Of a stretch of DNA of 64,000 nucleotides, positions 39,025 to 51,574 are shown one piece after another. Each line of letters opens with the position of its first letter. The first letter of the stretch is position 1. Source of the stretch: Octopus sinensis. Its lineage: Eukaryota. The position numbers and the translations under genes are program-made. The notes under the pieces are model-generated. The model searched no databases and had not been told where the DNA came from. It saw only the letters and a list, made by a program, of their open reading frames with translations. Location of the stretch: NCBI RefSeq assembly GCF_006345805.1, contig NC_042997.1, forward strand, positions 114,266,001 through 114,330,000, read 5' to 3'.

Positions 39025-39395
39025 TAAAGATTATTTGCCAACATAACATGGCACTTCTGGTTTAGGATGAATGTTGTTGTAATTTGGCCCCAGGAGACAT
39101 CATCTCCAGCTGGCTATACGACACTATCTGTGTCCTTACATTTTCGAACAAGGGAATTTGGCAGCGCTACCTCTAGCCGAACAATTATTCTGTGCTGATG
39201 AAGGGAAATAACCCAGAAATCGCAATACACAGATATTGTTTTGAGCTGAGTGGGGGTGCTAGATTCCCTTGTTTGAAAATATAAGGATACAGATCGTGTT
39301 GTATAGCCAGCTGGAGATGATGTTTCCTGGGGCTAAATTACAGCTACATCCATCCTAAACCAGGACTGTCATGTTATGCTGGCAAACAATCTTTA
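39025..39395. repeat. Long inverted repeat (foldback), ~160-bp arms
   Basis: taaagattatttgccaacataacatgg...caggagacatcatctccagctggctatac pairs with gtatagccagctggagatgatgtttcctg...catgttatgctggcaaacaatcttta. Confidence 0.92.
39189..39233 (+). ncRNA. Minimal type-I hammerhead ribozyme-like motif
   Basis: tctgtg-CTGATGA-a-ggg-aaataa-ccc-a-GAAA-t-cgca-a-TA-cacaga: 6-bp stem I, both conserved core boxes, short stem II and an NUH site. Confidence 0.65.
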
Positions 39396-40408
39396 ACCAG
39401 AATATTTGTTTGTAAATTAAAGAATGTTTATGGTGTTGGATATTTGTTCTTTTGTTTTTGTTAGGAATTCCATTCTGAAATGAGGTGAGATGTGACATAA
39501 AGTGTAATGTTTTTAAAGAACACACATTGTGGAGCAGGGAACATGGTTGATTGTCTTGGAGGTTTTTGAAAGTTGTATAAACCTGAATGCTTTGTTGATT
39601 CTCCACAACCAATATGGTGGGGTCCAACAGGGCTGAGGACTGCCTTGAGCTCTGCTCTATGCTCACTATGGCTGGGTGTCCTTCTTAATGGCAGCCACTT
39701 TACAGTGTGTAATGGGGACATTTTACATGGTTGCCAGCATGAGTGAAGTGAGCGACTTTGATCAGAGACACAGTGTGATGCCTGGTTCAGGAATTGAACT
39801 TCTGACCTTGGTCTTGAGCCTAACATCCTAACCACTAGGCTTACATGCCTTTACAGAAAGTGTTAAAAGTATTATCATTGTTTTAATGTTCACTTTTCCA
39901 TGCTTGAATGGGTCAGACAGAATTTGTTGAGGCAGATTTTCTACAGCCAGATGTATTTCTTGCTACCACTCCACTCAGTTTCTAAGCAAAGTAATATTTC
40001 CCCATGTCCAAACACAGAAGATTGAAAATGAACATCACTTGTATGATGGTGACACTTGTGTGCAGTTATCATGTGACTTCAAAGAAAAGACACACACGAC
40101 AAGCTTCTTTTAGTTTTTGTCTACCAAATCCTCTCACAAGACTTTGGTTGAGCACTTGATAGAAGACACTTGCCCAAGGTACCATTGTGATTGGAAAGCA
40201 CAAATATGAAGTGGTTTGTTTTCATTTCATTATATGAACCACTGTGCAAGGTATTGAACTCCTAGTATTACTTTTAGCAGTTTTGGATGTTAAACTTCAA
40301 AATAGTCGACTGGAATATTCATAATTTGGTCATATTAATTCTTGTTACAACGTAAATAGTTGTACCTTCCAATTTCCATTGATGTTTTGTTGTTGTTGTT
40401 GTTGACAG

Positions 40409-40534
40409 ATATTGAGGGCTATGGTCATGATAATCAAGAGACCTTGGAAGCTTTCCCATTTAGTCAACCACTCCCCTCCTCCTCTGTTGATGAGGATGCA
40501 GAACTGCGAAGCCAATTAAAGCACATGGGACGTG
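40409..40534 (+). CDS. CUEDC1: CUEDC1 coding exon (126 nt, phase 1-1)
   Basis: Acceptor gttgacag|AT and donor CGTG|gtaagt. ...VDEDAELRSQLKHMGR matches CUEDC1 EDALFRDKLKHMGK. Confidence 0.92.
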
Positions 40535-40652
40535 GTAAGTACCTTTTCCCACTTTCAAGATTCTTTTAATATAAACCTTTGTTACTTTGTCAGTCTATCT
40601 TACGTTAAAATCTCTCTCACTTCTCTCCTTGTTTTTTTTTGTTTTATTCTAG

Positions 40653-40725
40653 CTTCCAGAAAACAGTTTGTAACTCTAGCAAGGAAATTCTTCTCAAGAC
40701 GGAAAAAGAAATCTTCTCGGGACAT
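40653..40725 (+). CDS. CUEDC1: CUEDC1 coding exon (phase 1-2)
   Basis: Acceptor ttattctag|CT; encodes ASRKQFVTLARKFFSRRKKKSSRD (cf. STRRKLFELARAF). Donor AT|gtatcc was chosen because it restores frame with the next exon. Confidence 0.85.
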
Positions 40726-40867
40726 GTATCCTTTGATGTTATTTTGTGTGAACTTCTGTGCATTTATAGGGAATAGAATTATTTTTTTCTGTTTTTTTTT
40801 TATGTCCATTTTTCAATGCTAACATCATCAGATTCGACAAATGTATCACAGCATTCTTGAAGTTTTC

Positions 40868-41208
40868 CATTGGAAATTGTAGTTGAGACACCCATGCCGG
40901 TGACACGTAAAAAGCACTGTCCGAATGTGGCTGATGCCAGTGCCACCTGACTGGCGTCCGTGTCGGCGACACATAAAAAGCACCAACCAATCGTGGCCAT
41001 TTGCCATCCTCCTCTGGCTCCTGTGCCGGTGGCACGTAAAAAGCACCCACTACACTCATGAAGTGGTTGGCGTTAGGAAGGGCATCCAGCTGTAGAAACA
41101 CTGCCAGATCAGACTGGAGCCTGGTGCAGCCTCCTGGCTTCCCAGACCCCGGTCGAACCGTCTAACCCATGCTAGCATGGAAAACGGATGTTAAACAATG
41201 ATGATGAT
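40868..41208 (+). mobile_element. RTE-tail element
   Basis: aaaagcacc subrepeats, gtggttggcgttaggaagggcatccagc and a ggatgttaaacaatgatgatga tail. Same orientation at 26660-26812, 32855-33066, 42636-43088, 51935-52582, 53385-53733 and 59009-59262. Confidence 0.85.
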
Positions 41209-41289
41209 TTGGTCCCACTGTGTGGAACCTTGGGCAAGTGTCTTCTAATATAGTTCCTGGGCCAACCAAAGTCTTGTGAAGAGCTGCCC

Positions 41290-42275
41290 AGACTCTGCAT
41301 CTGTTTTGGCATGGTGTCTATGGCTAGATGCCCTTCCTAATGCCAACCACTTTACAGAGTGGACTGGGTGCTTTTTACCTGGCACCAGCACCCATGAACC
41401 TGCAAGGTTAGGAATGCTCAGCTGGAAAAGGATGCAGGGGGACAGTCTGTATGCAAAGACAGCCATGCTTTTACTGAGCTTGATGTGTCTTTTCAAGCAC
41501 AGCAAACTGCCAGAAGTCTCAGACCCCTGTCATCCCCTCTGTAAGTCTCAATGTCTGTAGATCCTTTCTCACCACTTCATCCCACGTCTTCTTGTGGGTC
41601 TACCTTTTTCATGTGTTCTCTCTACAATTTGAGATCAGCAACCCTTTGTGCAGCTGTCTTCATTTATATGCATTACATGGTTGTACCAGCACATCTACAT
41701 CTGATGCCTCGCACACCCAATTTTTCACTCAAATCACACTTTGTCATATATGCACATTGACATTACCCATCCAGTGGCGCATGCTGGCTTCATTTCTTTC
41801 AAGCCTTCACATATCCTCAGTAGTCACAACCCATGTCTCACTGCCATGTAGCATAGCTGTTTGCATGCAGACATCATACAATCTGCCTTTTACTCTGAGG
41901 GAGAGGCCCTTCATAGCTAACAGAGGTAGTAGCTCTCTGAACTTTACCCAGCCTATTCTTATTCTGGCAGCTATGCTTTCAGAACAACCTCCCCAGTTAC
42001 TAACTTGGTCAGTTAAGTAACGGAAACTGTCTACTACTTCTAAGGACCCCCACTGACATTTGAGGGAGTTTATTTTCTGTACATTCCTGGTATTTGATGT
42101 TCCTGTACATCCGCCACTATGTAAAAGACTACTTTCTTTGTTAGTCCTCCAGTGATACCACTGCACCTCTTTTGTGTCCATGGCTTGCACTGGGTACACT
42201 TTACAGAGTTTCTCCCAACACCTTTTCTGCATATTGAGCAGGGCCATCTACCTGAAGGATCTGTGGTTTGTCTGT
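41290..42275 (-). mobile_element. RTE LINE 3' portion (ORF2 end plus 3' UTR)
   Basis: LEVVDSFRYL, ARIRIGWVKFREL, KGRLYDVC and MLHGSETW. The 3' UTR shares the gatgcccttcctaatgccaaccac motif with the RTE-tail elements. Ends approximate. Confidence 0.9.
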
Positions 42276-42470
42276 TTTTCTACTTAAATATTTAAGTAGA
42301 AAAACAAAGTATTGATATCATATTGAAAATTAATAATTAAAACACTGTGGCAGTTTGTTTACTCGTTAGAAATATTGTCAGGAAAAGGTGAAGTGAATTG
42401 AAATGACATTCAAAAATGGTTTGGTCTTAGGGTTTGTGTGCAAACAAAATATTCCTTAATGTCAATTTAG

Positions 42471-42582
42471 CCTTGGAGAAAAAATTGCTCCATCAATGAC
42501 TAATCTTTTGGAAGACGAAGAACAACCAGAAGATGACCTCCCTGCAGCTTTCCTTGAAGATAAACCAGTTTTTGAACCATTG
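42471..42582 (+). CDS. CUEDC1: CUEDC1 coding exon (phase 2-0)
   Basis: Acceptor caatttag|C and donor TTG|gttagt. (I)LGEKIAPSMTNLLEDEEQPEDD resembles CUEDC1 AASTANLLDD. Not present in the ORF track. Confidence 0.82.
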
Positions 42583-43148
42583 GTTAGTATCATTACGCTT
42601 TATAACAACGATGTTTTTTTTTTTTGTTTTTTTTAAATCGAAATCAAACTCGGTGACTGGCATCCGTTGCTAGTGGAGCGCTAAGAGTACCATACGAGTG
42701 AGATCGTGCCAGAGCAACAAGCTGGCCTTCGTGCCGATGTCATGTTTAAGCGCACCATTTGAGTGTGATCGTTACCGCATTGCCTTACTCGCACTTGTGC
42801 TGGTGGCACATGAAACATTTGAGTGAGGTCGTCGCTAGTGCCACTGGATTGGCTCCTGTGCAGGTAAAAAGGACCATTTGGGCGTGGCCGTTGCCAGTAC
42901 CACCAAACTGGCCCTCGTGCTGGTGGCACGTAAAAGCACCCACTACACTCTTGGAGTGGTTGGCGTTAGAAAGGGCAACCAGCTGTAGAAACTCTGCCAG
43001 ATCAGATTGGAGTCTGGTTCGCCAGACCTCAGTCAAATCGTCCAACCCATGCTAGTATGGAAAGCGGACATTAAAAGATGATGATGATTTTTTTTGTATT
43101 ATATTTTTCTTACATTCATTATTAAATTTTTAACTTTGTCTTTTTCAG

Positions 43149-43238
43149 CCGGACACACTGCCTATGAACAGAACAAATCAACGCTTCTCACAAGCAATGT
43201 CAAACCATACGCTCAACAGACGTTCTGATATTGTCTGA
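43149..43238 (+). CDS. CUEDC1: CUEDC1 terminal coding exon
   Basis: Strong acceptor ctttgtctttttcag|CCG, phase 0. Reads PDTLPMNRTNQRFSQAMSNHTLNRRSDIV then TGA, followed by AT-rich UTR-like sequence. Confidence 0.75.
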   Translation, partial: PDTLPMNRTNQRFSQAMSNHTLNRRSDIV

Positions 43239-46200
43239 AAATGAGTTCTTTGCATAAAAATACTCCAGATAAAAAAAAAAAAATTTTTTTAAAACAAAAT
43301 GTACTCTGACTTTTAAAAAAATAAGCCATCTTAGGGCAATTGATAAAAACTTTTACATAATAATGTTCTTGATTCATTGAGATTACAATTGACATTCAAC
43401 TGGGTGTGCAATCACATACATACACACACACAAATATCTGCTTTTCTGCCGACATATATTTTTAATATAAAATGCGTGTTTATAAGTTTTAAGAGTACAT
43501 ATGTACATGAGTGCGAGTGAAATCGGTGTGCATTAATGGTCACAATTTTACAACTTCCCTGCAGTAACACACACACACACATGTGCATTTGTTTATTTGC
43601 ATTAGATTGCATATATTATATATCTCCATCATAGGACAAGCATATCCTATGCAAATCATATGGTTGTTAACTGAGAAACTGTAAAAAAAAAAAAAAACCC
43701 CAAAAAAACAAAAAGTAAACATTTCTTCACTATATCAATGAGGTGGTCATGTTTACTTCATTGCCTCTAATCCTTCCTCTGTTCTTCAGATCATCAATTA
43801 GAAACGAGATTTGCTGATTAGGCATTATTTTTATTTTCATATGTAAACAAAAATATTCTTTATTGGTTCATACTCCCATTTTAAAACAGTATACATACAT
43901 ACACACACATATATATATATACACACTCACACACTTTTCATTTTACAATTTTGTTTTTAAGTGTCTAAAGTAGGAATTTTTTTTTCCTAAATCGTTAATG
44001 AAATACAATCTTATACCTCTATAATTTTTTTTTAAACTTGGGAAATATTGCGAAAAAAAAAAAAAACCAAAAACTTTGCAATCATGGATTTATTTTCCAT
44101 ATCTGCCTAACGAAAGATTCGATAATAAATTGGAAAAAAAATATATATAAAAAAAAATGTTTGAATCCATCAAGGAAAACATTGCTCTCCTAATTTTGAG
44201 TTTGCTTCAGCCATTGTGCCTCTCTTTCTCTCATCAGCTTTTAATCATCTCTCTCTGGTTATTTTATTTCTAATCTGGAAGTTGTAAACATTTGTTTTCA
44301 CTTCAGCTCCTTTATTCCAGCAGAAATTTATAACAACAATCACTGTATCATGTCAAATTCCCTTCCCTCTTTTTTTTTTTTGTTTAGTCCTAAATGAATA
44401 ATTAAATCTTGAAATGTTCTTGTTGAAAATATTGTTTTACTATGTAAGTCTTATCAGCCAGTAAGTTTTTAATCCAATCCAGAGTGATGATACAGGTGAA
44501 AATAGACTTGTATGAATTATGATCTGTCCCTCCTGCATCAAATGACCCACATCCTCTTTCACAGTCAGTACTGTGCTTACATAGATTACCAAATCTATAT
44601 AAGTTATTGTTATACATGGTGGAATTGTTTGTGTCGAGCAAAATGCTTTGCAGAATGTTTTTGCCCTTTCTGTTCTTAGTTCAGATTATGTTGAGGTCAA
44701 TTTTATTTTTCATCCTTTTACAGCAGGTTAATTTTAATCCCCTAAAATTTGATGCATTGTGAGAAACATTGTGTGTCTGTATATGCACTACCTTTTAAGT
44801 CAATATAGGGTTTGTTGTGGTCTGTCTATAGTTATTGTTGTGCTGCACAGTTATCTACTTAGGCTCCTGATTGCTCCAGGAGCCATATGTGGTTGGTAAG
44901 CAAGCTACTTACCACACAACCACTCCTGCACATTATATATATGTATATATCTATTTTACTGAAGAGATTTTCTGAAACAAGTCATTTGTCTCATTGGTCT
45001 GTTCACATGCAACATAAAAGTTGTTTCTTTATCAGTGAAATTCCAAATAGCAAAATGCAATAGAAATTGGGTTTTTAGATTAGAAATATCAATTAAGCCT
45101 GTCTAATATAATCAGGTTGATTTTTTTTTTTTTTCTCCAACTTAAAATACCAAGGAAAATCACTATATATAACTATAATAAAACAGTTTTAAAATTGTTA
45201 GTCAACTTTCAATGAAACAAATTGAAAAATTACAAACTTCTTCATTATTAATCCTGGCCAAAATATATCATTTGTGTCCAATTAAGATTACAAGCCTAAT
45301 GGTGTTACACATCTAGATGATAGCTAAGTTTTTAGCTCACAAAATGTCTCGCTGTGCATCCTTTACATGTGCCAGTATTCAAGGTCAGTTTTTGCTGAAG
45401 TTACAAACTTTCAGTGTACATTTTTAGAATGTTCTTTTTCTAATAATTTGTAGAAAAACAACAACCGGTATATTTACTTCCGAAGCTGCCAGAACATATT
45501 CAAAATGAATTGACATGTTATTTGGAGTCTTGCTGTTCTCTGTGTATCTCATGAATTATCAGTTTGTCAGATACTAAACATGTAGCAGCAAATTAATTTG
45601 TTTGATTTCTATAAACAAGAACCAGTACCCTGGTTAGATTCATTGGTCTGGGGGTAAGCTTTGACTGAGAAAACCCAAGAACATCAATAAATCATGTGTG
45701 TTATAAACACGCATTAGCAAAGGTGAGGTGTTTCCCTGAGATGAGAGACAACAGCAATCAGCATACTCACTTTCAAATCTGCCAGAACGTATTGAGCCTA
45801 AGTAGATAATATTATTATTATTTGGATTCTCAGACTTTTGCATGCACCTCATCAATTATAATTGATTACAGGAGGATCAGTTAATTGTAATTTTATTCAA
45901 CATACCTCCGTCTCAGATTCACACACTTATTGCAGCAGTCTTCCAGTTTTTCTAAGATTAAAATAAATAAAAATTTTAATTATACTAGTTTAAATACTTG
46001 GCTTGGAGCTAATTGAAAGAAATCATATACGATAAATTACAGCAATGATAGTTTCTGTTTAGTGAAATGTATTAAATGCAATAATTATCTAGATTTGGAT
46101 AATTTAGTGAAGAGTATTTTCCATTCCCAACAGAAGCACAATTAGTCTTTGTTTGCTTGCCAGGCTATACATATATTTGTAATTAAAGTCAGTATTTTCT

Positions 46201-46560
46201 TAATGGTGAAATATATTTGATGACACACGGTTTTATTTATTTACAGCCAAAAAAAAAGAAATGTTTTAATTTGACCTGCAAATGATTATGGTTATTTGCT
46301 TAAACTTATAACTATTTCACTAATCTCCACAATTGCAGGGGTGGGGGAATAGATGTGTGTTAACACTTGTGGTATGCAAATTAGTAGCTCATTATCTGAA
46401 GCTACTGTAATTGTTAAGTAAACAAATTAGTTGCTCATTTCTCTGGGATTGATGAAATTGATGTAGGCACCTCTGATGAGAAGCCAATCAGAGTCCAAAA
46501 ACGAAAAAAAAATCAATTAAGATTGTTCATTTATTTTTCAATCTGTTTATAAAGATACTA

Positions 46561-47106
46561 CACTAATCCCTTGACTATTGCAGGTGTTACGTTCCAAAAT
46601 CCCCATACGACAGGTGAAAATCTGCAAAGTAAAAACAATACTGCACTGTACATTTTATACTATACATATATATATATATATATGTGCAGGAGTGGCTGTG
46701 TGGTAAGTAGCTTGCTTACTAACCACATATGGCACCGGGCATGTGTCTTCTACTATAGCCTCAGGCCAATTAAAGCCTTCTGAGTGGATTTGGTAGACGG
46801 AAACTGAAAGAAGCCCGTTATATATATATGTGTGTGTGTGAGTCCCACCATTGCTTGACAACTGATGTTGGTATGTTTACATCCCCGTAACTTAGAGGCT
46901 CAGCAAAAGAGACTGATAAGATAAGCACTAGGCTTTTAAAGAATAAGTCTTGGGGTCGATTTGTTTGACTAAAGGCAGTGCTCCAGCATGGCCACAGTGA
47001 AATGACTGAAATGAATAAAAGAATATATATTATAAATGCAAAACAACACCACGGAGGAATCGACGTAAGCTTAAATATTAAACCGCGATATGGTGAGGGA
47101 TCACTG
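46561..47106. mobile_element. pogo/Tigger-like MITE (same family as 23256) interrupted by a SINE
   Basis: TA|cactaatcccttg...gagggatcactg|TA, with an interior collinear with 23256-23505. Confidence 0.75.
46683..47022 (+). mobile_element. SINE family B copy nested in a pogo/Tigger-like MITE
   Basis: Collinear with the 15553 element and inserted in the TA-rich centre of MITE 46561-47106. Confidence 0.85.
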
Positions 47107-49375
47107 TATATAGGTTTCATTCACATTTGTATTCAAATAAACCAGAGGATATCTCTGCTATTAGACTTTTTGATGATGTGAAGCAAGAGTAAAGTTCATC
47201 AAATGCAAACAAAGACTAAATTGTGCTTCTGTTGGGAATGGGACATACTCTTCAATAAATTATCTGAATCTAGATAATTATTGTATTTAATACATTTCAT
47301 TAAACAGAAACTATCATTGCTGTAAATTATCTCATATAGATTTATAAGGGCTGGTTTCCTGGTTTCTGTGGTGGATATATTCCCCACTGGGATGAGATGC
47401 TAGCTCCATTGCAAGATTACTCACCTTTTACCAGCTCAGTGGACTGGAGCAATGTGAAATGAAGTGTTTTGTTCAAGAACACAATGTATCACCCGGCCCA
47501 AGAAGCGATACCACAATCTTATGGACCATGAATCCAACACCCTAACCACTAAGCTATGTGGTTCTATGAGGATCTGAAAGGCAGTTAATAATTCAGAGAC
47601 ACCATCTGCCATGAAAAACAATAAGGTGAGCTAGTATTAAAAAGCTGTAGAGGATATTAGAAAAATAAGTGGTGAAGTAGGTGGTGGTGGGGGGGATATC
47701 TTTTTACTGAATGCTTTATACAGTTTCATATTTTCTGAGAAAATACAATAGATATTTGGTCATGTTTTGGTCTTTTTTCTGATGTCTTCAGGGAAGTAGT
47801 GATGAAGGAATCACCAATTGTCATCATTTAACATCTGTCTTCTACACTGGCATGGGTTGGATGGTTTGACAGGAGCTGGTAAGTCCAGGGGGGCCACATC
47901 AGTGGCTCCAGTGTCTGTTTGACATGGTATCTATAGCTAGATGCCCTTCTTAATGCCAGCCACTTTACAGAGTGGACTGGGAGCTTTTCACATGGCACCA
48001 GCACCAACAGACCCATCGACTAACTTGCAAGACAAAACTGAAAATTATACATCTATAAACAAATCTAATTTTCAGTGAAAATAAAGGTTGTATATATTTT
48101 TTTTTTCACTTAGCAAATCCTTTGTCACTATATTAGCAAATAGAGAGAGGCTTTGCCTCACTAAAGGGATCATAATAAAACTTGCACATGTATCCTGCAG
48201 CTTCCCAGAAAATAGGAAATGTTAGTTATTAACATTTTAATGCTGCTCTGTGCCTGATAAAGCAAATTCCCATATTTATCATTCTAAAGAGTTTCAAGAT
48301 TAACTCAGTTTACCAATATTGATTCTGTTAATTCCCCAATGGTCAAGTGCCACAATTTTAAATATATTCTCTTGGCTAAATATTAAGGGTCAAAAGTGAA
48401 TCTGGTCAAATGGATCATCTGAAGACAAAGATGAAATTAAGGAGGCTGAAAACCAATTGTTCCAATTTACCCATCTTGATGATAGAAGCTGGGAACCCTA
48501 AAAATTAGACACATTGAGACATACATTTTATTCCTTATTTAGGATGATAAAGTTTTCCCTTATTAATTGAAATGGGATAGGAGAAAATATAACTTTTACC
48601 TTTACACAGTAGAACACAGAAGGAAAGTTCAAATCTAGCCTTTGCTATGTTTTACAGTGAAAACATGATGAAAGGTGGGGGGAAAAAATCTTTGTCATAA
48701 TTACTTACAATCATCATCATCATTAATTAATGTCTGTTTTCTATGCTGGCATGGGTTGAATGGTTTCACAGAAACTGGTAAACCAGAGGACTGCATCGGG
48801 CTCCAACTGTTTTGGTGTGGTTTTTAATGACTGCAAAGTGGTTGGTGTTAGCAGGAAGGACATTCAGAGTGAACAATACAATAGCTTTAACTGGATTTAA
48901 ATTTTTGCCTTTATCATTTAAATTAAACAATAAATAATTACTTTCACCCACCACAAAAGAAAGAAAAACAAAAGGAAATATCAGGCAACGGAAAACTAGC
49001 ATGTGAATGATAAATGCTATAGGGTCATTTTAAATAATGATTTACCTGAGAAAATATACCAGATTCTGTAGCATCAAATTTTCATTTGGTTTAGAAAAGT
49101 AAACCTTTTGATGGAATTTAGAAGACAGAATAATGGGAAATATTCTGATCAGATCATAAAACCTGTTTCAAGAAACAATGTGAACCAACTGATGATGAAT
49201 AATAAATCACACAACTTGTATCTTTACTGACAATTTATCTCAAATGGATGATGGTTAAAACATGAGTGGTGGTTATGAGATGAACTCTTTCAATGAATAA
49301 GATTCATTTGAAAACTTGTTTTTATATAAATACACACATACGCGCAAAATATGGAAAAGAAAATTATACAAGATT

Positions 49376-49410
<35 letters not shown>

Positions 49411-49478
49411 TATACAAAATTTTAAAAATACGATTTTTTTACTGTTTTGCAAATGAAATAATCTATTCTTATAAAGTA

Positions 49479-51574
49479 TCAACATTTTGAGATTTGTAAG
49501 ATTTTACTTTTCTTGTGATTAGTTGGTAATTGCTCCAAAAGTGTCTTTTCAGATTTTGTTGTGTTTAGTAATGAAGGTTGGAGGGTTTGTGATCCTGGGA
49601 AAGAAGAATGATGTGAATATTGATTAGGATAATCAACGACCTGTGTAGATGGAGGTTGATTAATAGTTCTTTTATCAGAATGTTTGGAATGTGGTGAAAA
49701 TTCAGCCGGTTTTGACCATGAAGGGAGACCTGGATTATTAACATGGTGTTTTGTGGAGAAATTTTTATCCGACACTGTATTGCTGCTGGTCGGGGATTTG
49801 GAGAACTCGGAGAAATAAAAGTGCCCGAGAGGCCCATATGTCTGTGGAGTGAATTCCTCAGCAACCAGAGGACTTGAGAGGGATTTTTCTTTGAAACAAA
49901 CTTTTTTCTGTGTGCTTTTGGCTTCATGTGCTTCTGAAGGGGACAGTGAATCAGTGAATGTACTGTGATGATCTGAATGTAAAACAGAAGGATCTGACGA
50001 CCATTTATCTAAACTTTTTTTAGCTGATTTTTGTCGGAAAGGACTAAAGTTGGCATCGGAATCTACACTCTCATTGTCAGAATGTACATATGTAGAAAAT
50101 TGTGAACTACGACCTGAATTTCCTTCTTGATAATGAACTTTCTTCCTTAATTCCAAATCCGAAGAACAAACCATATTTCTGGTGTCAGATACTGTTGTAT
50201 GTAAAACATTTTCTTGAGATTTTAAGGCAGTTTTGTCGGATGGTGTCTTGTGGACTGAGTGCTCTAACACTGAATATTCGGGGGAAGAACAGAACTGTAG
50301 AGGGTCGGAATTAAAAGTTGAAAATGTTCCTAACTTATAGTTTGGTTTAGGGAGATCTTGAGAATGGATAACAACTTTCTGAAAAGAGCTTGGTACATGG
50401 CTATTTTCTTTGGATTTAAACGCTGGCTTCTTGTCTCCACCTCTTAATTTTAATTTATCATCTGTTGAAGGGGATAAACTTTTAAATGCCGAATTCTGAG
50501 TAGCTCGTAGTTGTGGTTTGGCAGGAATTGGAGGTTTAGCATCGGTAACATAATTCAGATCTATGTTAGGTTGGTTGTTGTAAGAATGAAGTAGTAAAGA
50601 GAAATTATCCGGCATTAGTCTTTCGAATTTATTTTCTTTTGAAGAGGAGGAGCTGGTATATTTATGATGGTGTTGTTCATTGGGTGAATCTGTTGGTAAA
50701 CTATTAAAGGAAGAACCAGCAGAGGAAAAGTTTTTACTGGACATATCTTGTAAATTTAAATTTTCCTGCTGTAACATTGCATTGTTAGATTTTTCTGTCC
50801 TGTTTCGATGTAATGTAGGTGAAAAAGACTCACCATATTTAAAAGATTCTGGGGAATAATTCTTAAAACCTGCTGTAGATGTGGCATTTGGGGTAAGTGA
50901 AGAGGGAGAACTGCCAGAAGTGCTTGGTGTACATCTGTTTACTCCAATCGAGGTGCACATGGTATTGTTACTGCTCACTGAATCACACGAAGGACTCGCA
51001 TGTCTTGAAGAATTGGCTGAGTTAGATGAATAAGAGCAGTTGTCTGGACTAGATTTCAACCGTTGTTGGCTCTGTTCGATGCGAAGCAAATGGGTTTGCT
51101 TTTGGGACTGGAAAAAACTGGCTTTTTGAAGCTGTTCCACAGCCTCTCGTTGGGGAGCTACATCAGCCAAAACTTTCAGTGCAATGTCCTCGGGATTGAG
51201 TGAGGAACTTTTCAAACTTTTATTATTTGGTCCAGTTTCTTTCTTTCCAACCTTTTTGAATAAAGAATTTGCCGAAGTAAAGATCGATTTAGCATCCGAA
51301 ATTGTTTTAGACACAGGCGTCACGTGGGTTTCCATTTTATTGAATTTTGATGCAAGGGAACTAACTCTGGACTTCCCAACTGTGCAACCAGGAGACAAAC
51401 GATCAAATGGTTGGTCTTTAGAAAAATTTATGTTGGAATTCTCTGAATCGCTTTTATCGCCTCCAGCATTGTTTTTACATCGATTTCCATTTCCATATGA
51501 GGAGTTATCACACGAACGGAGTATTCTGGCTTTGTTTCCACTGTCTGAAAGATTTTCAACTTCTCTGTGGTTTT
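49479..51574 (-). CDS. TTC28: TTC28 terminal coding exon (~700 aa Ser/Pro-rich low-complexity tail)
   Basis: Acceptor cttttacag|AA is the only nearby AG in the correct phase. It extends the 639-aa ORF upstream (ENHREVENLSDSG...) and the frame stays open to TGA at 49481-49479. Assignment to TTC28 rests on splicing continuity, not homology. Confidence 0.85.

Noticed and set aside
44959-44984. CTGAAGA-gattttct-GAAAC-aa-GTC hammerhead-like string
   Set aside because: Stem II is only 2 bp and there is no stem I pairing, so it is compatible with chance.
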